Both the position numbers and the translations under genes were made by a program. A stretch of DNA of 64,000 bases from Candidatus Kaiserbacteria bacterium CG10_big_fil_rev_8_21_14_0_10_47_16 (lineage in GTDB: Bacteria > Patescibacteriota > Minisyncoccia > Phycocordibacterales > UBA918), in the NCBI GenBank assembly GCA_002773395.1, contig PFBI01000006.1, positions 12,049 through 76,048 of the forward strand, in the 5' to 3' direction. The notes below the pieces were generated by a model that made no database searches, was not told the origin of the DNA, and was given only the letters and a program-made list of their open reading frames with translations. Positions 8,801-14,773 of the stretch are shown one piece after another. The first letter of the stretch is position 1; each line of letters starts with the position of its first letter.

Positions 8801-9673
8801 TGTGCCCCATGTAAGTTGAAATGCTTCACCTTTCTTCACGATACTTGGACTTGCTTGGAAGAAGTCACATGAAAGTGGTGTTTGCTGTGGTGGCTGTTGG
8901 TTTACATTGATCTGTACCGTACACGTATCACTGCCTCCTTGTCCGTATGCAGTAAGGGTGTATGACTGTGAGTGATCAACGTATACGCTACTTGAACCGT
9001 TCTTTGGAACAAGTCCGAGTCCTGGATTAATAGATACTGAAGTTGCGTATGAAGTTCCCCATGTAAGTGTTACGTTTGCGCCGCCAGCGGGAACTGTTGT
9101 GTTACTTGCAGTAAAGAAGTCACAGTATGCGGGCTGTGGAGTGTAGTGGTAGTCGTTGTAGTACGTGTAGTCGTAATAGGTGTAGTCGTTGTATGTGTAG
9201 TAGTCGTAGTAATCGTAATAGTCGTAGTTGTAGTATTGGTAGTCGGTGTAGTAGTAGTCGGTGTAACCGTAGTCGTATGAATAGTCGTTGTACCCGTAAT
9301 CATACGAGTAATCGTTATACCCGTAATCGTAGGAATAATCATCGTAGCCACCACAGCCATAACAGCTGTCGCCACCGACGTACCCGCCATTTCCATAATT
9401 ATACGAGTAGTCGTTATACCCGTAATCATACGAATAGTCGTTGTACCCGTAGTCGTATGAGTAGTCATAGTATCCTCCACAGCTGTAACAGCTGTCGCCA
9501 CCGACGTAGCCACCCCCATAGTCATAGGAATAGTCATCGTAGTATTGAGCCTCTGCTGTTGCAGGGACGAGCGTAAGATCATCAGTGATCTGTGATACTG
9601 AGACAAGACCAAACGCAAAAACAGCAGTCGCGAAGACTCCCGTAAGGATTGAGATTTTAATAATAGTGTTCAT
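5816..9673 (-). CDS. giant cell-surface repeat protein: signal peptide, Tyr/Asp/Gly-rich low-complexity region, eleven ~83-aa Cys-bracketed Ig-like tandem repeats, VPYTG motif + TM helix + KKGR, then a ~130-aa C-terminal tail
   Basis: The ORF is open from 9829, but the real start is probably MNTIIKISILTGVFATAVFAFGLVSV (ATG at 9673), since the Tat-protein terminator lies upstream. The repeat consensus is PLSCDFFQANPS.V.KGEAFQLTW.TTGATQV.INNGVGLVP.DGS.AL.V..D.SF.LTASN.SSIVSC.T.V.V.DIP.EN. Confidence 0.85.
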   Translation of the reverse strand: MNTIIKISILTGVFATAVFAFGLVSVSQITDDLTLVPATAEAQYYDDYSYDYGGGYVGGDSCYSCGGYYDYSYDYGYNDYSYDYGYNDYSYNYGNGGYVGGDSCYGCGGYDDYSYDYGYNDYSYDYGYNDYSYDYGYTDYYYTDYQYYNYDYYDYYDYYTYNDYTYYDYTYYNDYHYTPQPAYCDFFTASNTTVPAGGANVTLTWGTSYATSVSINPGLGLVPKNGSSSVYVDHSQSYTLTAYGQGGSDTCTVQINVNQQPPQQTPLSCDFFQASPSIVKKGEAFQLTWGTTGATTVSINNGVGLVPKNGSAALSVNQDTSFILTASNSTGTVSCATNVKVQDIPVETPLSCDFFQANPSTVGKGEAFQLTWATTGATQVNINNGVGLVPKNGSVALSVQADKSFILTASNASSIVSCTTTVHVEDIPEENPLSCDFFQANPSTVGKGEAFQLTWATTGATQVNINNGVGLVPADGSVALTVQADKTYVLTASNASSIVSCTSTVHVQDIPVENPLSCDFFQANPSIVKKGEAFQLTWGTTGGTQVTINNGIGLVPQDGSVALTVNQDTSFVLTASNSSSIVSCTTNVKVETVVVDEPISCDFFQANPNIVKKGEAFQLTWGTTGATQVNINNGVGLVPQDGSIALTVTNDTSFVLTASNSSSIVSCVTNIKVQDIPEENPISCDFFQANPGTVGSGEAFQLTWGTTGATQVTVNNGVGLVPKDGSIALTVTKNTSFVLTASNASSIVSCTTSVKVQDIPVENPLSCDFFQASPSFVEAGEAFQLSWNTTGATQVSINQGTGLVPQDGSVSLAVNHDTTYTLTATNSTGTVSCSTSVKIKNTPPQSSLSCDQFYTSPSTVQQGNQFQLIWNTTDANSVSINNGIGLVAADGSVTLTGTASKTYVLTASNNTNTVTCSTSVNVQDTPPQSNLSCDYFTATPSSVDEGDSFELRWNTTDATRVSIDNGLGLVAQDGSVTLYAYDNKTYRLTASNNTDSVTCSTSVNVKDSGNVRCDLEVSDDRINDGDRITLSWDNDDTEDIRLRDDHGKTLVDTDNGDNEDPERDSISVRPDEDTEYTLTAYGKKGDTDTCRVEVRVDDDNNVVVTTVRTQDPLVAGVQLVRVPYTGFDAGPFLTSVFYALLALWGVGIAYFFVVKKGRFATAGKGVSAAQHIPTPVATSTVASEVTADSSIPFNLPIAAVEPITGAPVMVQEEVADAASTIENRAHASRVLLSADALSYVADQDAPLEQRLTMLDHVITKAKAMFPTENGWMVINKERLAALLTA
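6335..9124 (-). repeat. tandem array of ~249-bp coding repeats (eleven 83-aa domains); the central units are near-identical at the DNA level
   Basis: Repeats 3-7 encode almost identical peptides. The antisense and alternate-frame ORFs at 7281-7862, 7977-8723 and 7973-8347 show the same periodicity. Confidence 0.85.
9125..9544 (-). repeat. low-complexity coding DNA for a Tyr/Asp/Gly/Ser/Asn-rich segment (YDYSYDYGYNDYSY units, with an internal ~45-aa duplication containing CxxC pairs)
   Basis: Translation reads YYDDYSYDYGGGYVGGDSCYSCGGYYDYSYDYGYNDYSYDYGYNDYSY... The alternate-frame ORFs at 9070-9618(-) and 9127-9576(+) are composition artefacts. Confidence 0.8.
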
Positions 9674-9784
9674 AGAATAATTAATATAACGATTAGTACT
9701 ACACTGGATGACGACTATCATGCCAGATGATGAAGGTGAATCGAGTTCACCGCCAACATCAATAATGATGTAAGAAAATAGGTT

Positions 9785-9822
9785 TCTGGTGGCGCGATGC
9801 TTTCGCAACGCGCCACCAGTTA
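9785..9822 (-). terminator. intrinsic terminator after the Tat-signal gene (stem tggtggcgcg/cgcgccacca, then a T-rich run on the minus strand)
   Basis: 10-bp perfect stem, followed on the minus strand by tattttctt. It separates the three-gene cassette from the giant gene. Confidence 0.55.
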
Positions 9823-9825
9823 CCT

Positions 9826-10335
9826 TCAACAGGCATCTCCCTTGCTCGGTTCACACCGACATGGGAGAGGAGCGCCGTAGCGCGCAAAGGACCAATTGCC
9901 ACACACGAGTGGCTTTATGATCCGGTATTGAACACCCGTCTCATCGTTGACGTACCAGACGGCAGCGATGCGGGAAGCCTTGGACTTCCATTTCGACGGC
10001 ATTGCTACCGTTTCCTTGGCGACCCAATGCTTTTTGCGAGTGAAGACCATGGTGCCTACTGGGTCACCGTCACGTAGTTCATACGTGTCGTGACCCTTGG
10101 GATGGTGGGCGACTGCTGCAGATATGCGCGGACGCATATCTGCAGGGATACCCGCCAATTCCATGGCTTGGTCGAGGGTTCCCTTGAAAGGGTTCCCTCC
10201 ACCATTTGTCCAGAGGAAGGTGCCCTTGTCGAGGGTACCTACCCCCGCATGGTCATCTGCGGCAAACGCAAACCTTGGGAGGAATGCAACTGCCGCGATG
10301 CCAGCGAGAAGCTGACGTCGAGTTGGTTGCATCAC
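9826..10335 (-). CDS. secreted protein with a twin-arginine (Tat) signal peptide and C-terminal 4-Cys cluster; function unknown
   Basis: MMQPTRRQLLAGIAAVAFLPRFAFA-ADD, with RRxLL and an AxA cleavage site. SD AGGAAAGGAAAGG upstream. Local GC about 57%. Confidence 0.6.
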   Translation of the reverse strand: MMQPTRRQLLAGIAAVAFLPRFAFAADDHAGVGTLDKGTFLWTNGGGNPFKGTLDQAMELAGIPADMRPRISAAVAHHPKGHDTYELRDGDPVGTMVFTRKKHWVAKETVAMPSKWKSKASRIAAVWYVNDETGVQYRIIKPLVCGNWSFARYGAPLPCRCEPSKGDAC

Positions 10336-11258
10336 CTTTCCTTTCCTGCGTTACCGGGAACGATGGCAACAACCAAAACCGGATCTCTCTGGTTTCGGCC
10401 GCCGCCGTTCTTCACGTAGTTGTAGATGCTATCCGTGCACATAACACGTGCCTCGGCAGCCTTCTTCTGGTGCGCGATGATGTCCCAAGGGACTTGCACG
10501 CAGAGCAAGGTTTCGGAATCGATGCGCGAAGCGTCGATCTCGATCACCTCGTGCCCCTGGTTGTTACCCTTGTAGATTACGTCCTTATCCTCGCCGTTTC
10601 GGGTGAGGAAGAGGGTGACAGGTGCATTCACTACGCGAACGTCACCAGTGTTGGTGCCGTCGCGCAGATCAGGGCCGTATTCGTCAGCATTACGGTCGCC
10701 GACAATGCGGTCGACGGTCGGTGTCTGCCGAGGCAAAAATGCCCCTACAAAAGCCGACCCTTCGAGTGAGTTGCGGTCGGAGTTTGCACCGGATGGTACG
10801 AAATCCTGACGATCGTCGCTTTCGTAGTCATCACGGTAGGAGGCCGGACGAATGTCCGAACCCGACCGTCTAACGGCGACTGTGCGGCGTTCAACCTGAA
10901 CGCCGCTACCGGCACCGTAGTAGCCGGACCGCTGCTGACGACCGTAGTTTTGGCCACGGTCATAGCGTCGTTCGGTCACGATGCCGTTTTGGCTGAGAAC
11001 AGCCTGACGACACCATTCACGGGGATTACCCCGCGAGCGGTCACGTCGAGCGCGATACTCACAGTCCTCGATGGCTCGCGCCATCTGGGGAGTGATCTGT
11101 ATCGAGTCACCTTCACGGTGGTAGCCGCCGGATTCAGCACGCATCTCGCGATGCATACCTCCTCCGGAACGAATAGGTTCGTACTCGGAACTCACCTGAG
11201 TACCAGCACACGCCGTGAGCAACAGTGCGCCCACGGCCAGAATCGTTACTTTTAACAT
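10332..11258 (-). CDS. lipoprotein (lipobox LLTAC) with an R/Y/G/D-rich N-terminal region; function unknown
   Basis: MLKVTILAVGALLLTAC signal II. SD AAGGAGAAG 5 nt upstream. 4-nt overlap with the downstream gene. Confidence 0.6.
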   Translation of the reverse strand: MLKVTILAVGALLLTACAGTQVSSEYEPIRSGGGMHREMRAESGGYHREGDSIQITPQMARAIEDCEYRARRDRSRGNPREWCRQAVLSQNGIVTERRYDRGQNYGRQQRSGYYGAGSGVQVERRTVAVRRSGSDIRPASYRDDYESDDRQDFVPSGANSDRNSLEGSAFVGAFLPRQTPTVDRIVGDRNADEYGPDLRDGTNTGDVRVVNAPVTLFLTRNGEDKDVIYKGNNQGHEVIEIDASRIDSETLLCVQVPWDIIAHQKKAAEARVMCTDSIYNYVKNGGGRNQRDPVLVVAIVPGNAGKER

Positions 11259-11279
11259 GGATCTTCTCCTTGAAGTTGA

Positions 11280-11825
11280 TCAGCGCCGCGGGCGCGGCTG
11301 ATGTTGCTGTTGCGGGCGCGGCTGAGGCCGTCGCTGTTGCTGCCGCCGATATTGAGGCGGTGGCGGTTGGATACGATAGTATTGTTGCTGCCGATACTGT
11401 TGGCCTCCGCCGTAGCGTTGACCATTCCCGTATTGACCGCCACCATAACCTTGTTGACCGTAACCGTACTGACCACCGCCGTAACGACGTTGACCATAAC
11501 CCTGTTGGCCGCCATGGTGGCGACCTTGGGATATTTGTCGGCCAATTCGCATCTTACAATCGTACAAGATGTCATCAAACGCTGGATGAGCATGGTGTGC
11601 GCCCTGCGTTCTTTCGTCAACGCACTGCCACACCATTGCTCTTCCGCCATCTGGATGACCTCGGCCTCGAGATTGGTTGCTGCATCCACCGAGGACGCAA
11701 GCAAACAACCACATACCACGATCGATGAGGTATATTTCTCCTCGATCAAGCTCAGCCTTTGCGGGTTGGGCTACACTCGCCATCGCAATGAAAGCGACGA
11801 CGCAGAACGCAAATAGTCGCTTCAT
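11280..11825 (-). CDS. secreted protein with a Gly/Gln/Tyr/Arg/Pro-rich low-complexity C-terminus
   Basis: Signal peptide MKRLFAFCVVAFIAMASVAQPAKA. C-terminus GYGQRRYGGGQYGYGQQGYGGGQYGNGQRYGGGQQYRQQQYY...PQYRRQQQRRPQPRPQQ. SD AAGGAG 8 nt upstream. Confidence 0.6.
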   Translation of the reverse strand: MKRLFAFCVVAFIAMASVAQPAKAELDRGEIYLIDRGMWLFACVLGGCSNQSRGRGHPDGGRAMVWQCVDERTQGAHHAHPAFDDILYDCKMRIGRQISQGRHHGGQQGYGQRRYGGGQYGYGQQGYGGGQYGNGQRYGGGQQYRQQQYYRIQPPPPQYRRQQQRRPQPRPQQQHQPRPRR

Positions 11826-12158
11826 TACTTAGGCTCCTTTTTCCTGTTGAAGCCGTGTCTTGCACGGCATTGTTAAAGTTCACCTCCCGTCGCACAAAAA
11901 ATCATGCGTGGAGCTCTTTGTTTAGAATAATTTTGTATAACACAATACAAAACACACGCTCTATTCTAAAAAAAGAGCTACCTACATGTACATTTTCCCC
12001 ACCACAGAGAACAATTTGATTAGGGTAATTCTACACCAAACTATTGTATATGTCAAGTATTTGTCTCTCTTTTCTTTCTGTGAGCACTCTTAAAATACAG
12101 CTTAATATAAGCCTATAAATAGTATATTGTTATTGAAAATCTAGACAATCCTGCGGAA

Positions 12159-13127
12159 TTATCGCAAAAGATCCATGATGAGATGATGAACAAGCTCTCT
12201 GTGTGAGGCTCCGACAGCGGTCATTGCCTTCGGGAAAAGTGATTCTTCAGTGAGTCCTGGCAGTGTATTTACTTCGAGAAAATAAATTCCATCATCGGCA
12301 ATCATAAAATCTGATCGAGAGTATTGCGCGAGATCAAGTGTTTCGTGGACGAGTCGTGCAATACGTTCCATCTCTTTCTTTTCGGTATGAGTAAATCGTC
12401 CCGGACACACTTCTTCTGTCTCCCCTGTGTATTTCACATCTGCAGAAAAGAAATCTGATTTTTGTGGTGGAATAATTTCAATTGCAGGAAGTGCGTACAA
12501 CTCTTCACCGCGAAAACGATTGAGTACTCCGCATGTCGCTTCTTTTCCAACAATTCTTTTTTCTACGAGAACTTGATCATAAATATTAAGAGCATCGCTG
12601 AGTGCACTTGCAAGGAGTGTTGGATTTTTTACCATCATGGTTCCAACGGATGATCCTGATGAAATTGGTTTAATAACGTACTCAGGACCAAACATGTCGG
12701 CAATACTTTCGCTCAGTCCATGCAAATTTCGTTTCGAGTCTCGCGTTACTACCATGTGTGGAGGCATCTTGAGTCCAAAATCACGTAAGTGATCCTTGGT
12801 AAGTACTTTATTCATTGCAATGCTTGATGCGTAGGAACGACTTCCAGTGAACGGGACGCCCGCGCGCTCGAGAATACGTTGTAGCTTGCCGTCTTCACCG
12901 AATGCGCCGTGGAGAGCGATAAAGACGGCGTCGACACTTTGGAGGATTTGCTCAGGATATCGTGAGACACCACGATGCAACCACTCACCTGTCTTGGTGA
13001 TGGTTATATCAAGTGGTTCAAAGAGATCTCGGCTAAGCGAGGCCAGTACTGCATCACCAGTTTTCATTGAAACTTCGTATTCTTCACTGGGGCCTCCGCG
13101 GAGTACCGCAACGCGTATCTTACTCAT
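12159..13127 (-). CDS. ddl: D-alanine--D-alanine ligase
   Basis: IRVAVLRGGPSEEYEVS...ALHGAFGEDGKLQRILERAGVPFTGS...; ATP-grasp fold, 322 aa. Confidence 0.9.
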   Translation of the reverse strand: MSKIRVAVLRGGPSEEYEVSMKTGDAVLASLSRDLFEPLDITITKTGEWLHRGVSRYPEQILQSVDAVFIALHGAFGEDGKLQRILERAGVPFTGSRSYASSIAMNKVLTKDHLRDFGLKMPPHMVVTRDSKRNLHGLSESIADMFGPEYVIKPISSGSSVGTMMVKNPTLLASALSDALNIYDQVLVEKRIVGKEATCGVLNRFRGEELYALPAIEIIPPQKSDFFSADVKYTGETEEVCPGRFTHTEKKEMERIARLVHETLDLAQYSRSDFMIADDGIYFLEVNTLPGLTEESLFPKAMTAVGASHRELVHHLIMDLLR

Positions 13128-13186
13128 AGCGACATTCTAACACGCCCTTATTCTTTACCTCCCCCATCATGTATAAAACACCACTC

Positions 13187-13228
13187 TAGGTTAGTCAGAC
13201 TAACCTAGATTAGACTAACCTAGATTAC
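13187..13228. repeat. 22-bp perfect palindrome (ctaggttagtc|gactaacctag) fused to a tandem 15-bp direct repeat (gactaacctagatta x2)
   Basis: Read directly from the sequence. It lies immediately 3' of the uvrC stop and upstream of ddl. Confidence 0.6.
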
Positions 13229-14451
13229 GGGAGTTTGCGTTTTGAGCGGTGGTAACCGATGGCGAAGCGGTGTGCCTCGGCGTTTACGAGCAAAATAGCA
13301 TCGTGGTAGGTGTCGATAATAGAACGCGGGCCGATAATACGCTTTGGATTATGTTTTTCATCTTTTACGACGCCGACGACAGGAATGAGTACATCGTATT
13401 TACGAAGAACGTGCTCCGCAGCGTTTTTTTGTGCAGTGCTCCCATCAACTACAATAATACTTGGATACTGCCATTCGGGATGCGCGAGTCTCCGTTCAAG
13501 TACCTCGCGGAGTGCAGCAGGATCATTGGAACCATGTACGGTATTTATTTTAAACTTCCGATATTCTGATTTCTGCGGTTGCAAGCCCTCACTCACTGTC
13601 ATAACGCCCACCATATTCTTGCCACTTAAGTGCGCGACGTCATACCCTTCGATACGTGCAGTCTTCTCATCACGATACACGCGGACGTCATCCTTAATGA
13701 GCGCAACATCCTGAATATGTTGCAGAGCAAATATTTTCCTCTTTACAAGGTTAGCATCTTCAAATTTCTCAGCCTTTGCAAGCGTCTTCATCTCTTTCTC
13801 AAGTTCAGTAATGATTTGTTTCTTCTTTCCTTCAAAGAAAAGCTTGATGTGCCGTATCGTTTTCTGGTATTCCTTCTTGGATTGAACGCTTGGATAGAGT
13901 CCAATTTGGCGGTTAAAATCCACTTTTCCTCGAGCCATCTTGCCCTTCTCTGTCCCTATCGGCTTGTCCGTGTCGTAGAATTGAAATATCTTTCTGACGA
14001 TTTTTAGCGCTTCACGAAAGAGCATTCCACTTGGGAATGGGCCGAAGTGGTATTTAATTTCTTTTTTCGCGAATTCTTGCGTGAGATCCTTTCCTCGTAC
14101 GACGAGTACACGTGGAAACTCTTCATCAGTGATGACAAGATGGTTGAAACTCTTATCGTCTTTTGAAATGGTATTGTATTTTGGCTTATGTGTACGAATG
14201 AGGTTGGTTTCGAGAATAAGTGCTTCAAGTACTGAGTCCGTCACAGTGGCATCAACCGTCTTTGCTTCCTCAACCATTTTTTCAATAATCTCACTCCGCT
14301 TCTCCCGAATATCATGGGTAAAGTAGCTTCGAACGCGGTTTTTTAACGAGGTTGCTTTCCCGATATATAAAATTTCCTTGCGTTTTCCAAGGAAGAAATA
14401 GACACCAGGGGCGTCTAGAAGCTTTTTCTGGGGGATATCCTCTTTTTTCAT
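13225..14451 (-). CDS. uvrC: excinuclease ABC subunit C, short form (GIY-YIG + EndoV-like nuclease, no C-terminal HhH2)
   Basis: The GIY-YIG motif is PGVYFFLGKRKEILYIGKATSLKNRVRSYF. C-terminal ...VVDGSTAQKNAAEHVL...LLVNAEAHRFAIGYHRSKR. Confidence 0.8.
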   Translation of the reverse strand: MKKEDIPQKKLLDAPGVYFFLGKRKEILYIGKATSLKNRVRSYFTHDIREKRSEIIEKMVEEAKTVDATVTDSVLEALILETNLIRTHKPKYNTISKDDKSFNHLVITDEEFPRVLVVRGKDLTQEFAKKEIKYHFGPFPSGMLFREALKIVRKIFQFYDTDKPIGTEKGKMARGKVDFNRQIGLYPSVQSKKEYQKTIRHIKLFFEGKKKQIITELEKEMKTLAKAEKFEDANLVKRKIFALQHIQDVALIKDDVRVYRDEKTARIEGYDVAHLSGKNMVGVMTVSEGLQPQKSEYRKFKINTVHGSNDPAALREVLERRLAHPEWQYPSIIVVDGSTAQKNAAEHVLRKYDVLIPVVGVVKDEKHNPKRIIGPRSIIDTYHDAILLVNAEAHRFAIGYHRSKRKLP

Positions 14452-14519
14452 AGGTTCTATAGAGTATACTAAAACTTTAGAGAAGTCCTTATAGCAATTT
14501 GGTTCGGAGGGAACCCCAC

Positions 14520-14738
14520 ATGGGCACGAAACCTATCGTTCATGCACTCCATTACGCACGTCTTCAGTGTGACGGGAAACCGTGCGACTTTGGGATGAAG
14601 AGTTGTCCAGAATATTGGCGTAACGTCTTCATCTCCCATTTCAACGATACTCCAGTAGGAGACACTGATACAAGGTGGGATCATCTTTTCCAAGTTGGAT
14701 TTCCCGCTCTCCGTCACATGGAAGCACTCGGCATCTAA
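14520..14738 (+). CDS. hypothetical small Cys-containing protein (72 aa); tentative
   Basis: SD GGAGGG 8 nt upstream of ATG. Followed by the hairpin caacggcgcc..ggcgccgtt plus a T-rich run. Codon usage resembles host genes more than the overlapping minus-strand ORF does. Confidence 0.3.
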   Translation: MGTKPIVHALHYARLQCDGKPCDFGMKSCPEYWRNVFISHFNDTPVGDTDTRWDHLFQVGFPALRHMEALGI

Positions 14739-14773
14739 TCCTCTAGCCCAACGGCGCCTCACGGCGCCGTTTC

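Noticed and set aside
9070-9618. Thr-rich 182-aa ORF (minus) and Cys/Arg/Ser-rich 149-aa ORF (plus) over the Tyr-rich region
   Set aside because: These are composition artefacts of the low-complexity DNA. The Tyr/Asp frame is contiguous with the signal peptide and repeats, so it is the coding one.
11252-11816. Alternate-frame ORFs (165 aa minus, 171 aa plus) over the GC-rich island
   Set aside because: The frame at 11280-11825 has a convincing signal peptide and SD. The others are products of GC-rich low-complexity DNA.
14469-14762. Minus-strand 97-aa ORF filling the uvrA-uvrC gap
   Set aside because: It was not called as a feature because of rare AGG/AGA/ATA/CTA codons and a GTG start inside a hairpin. 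It is kept as an alternative in the findings because its operon spacing is tight.
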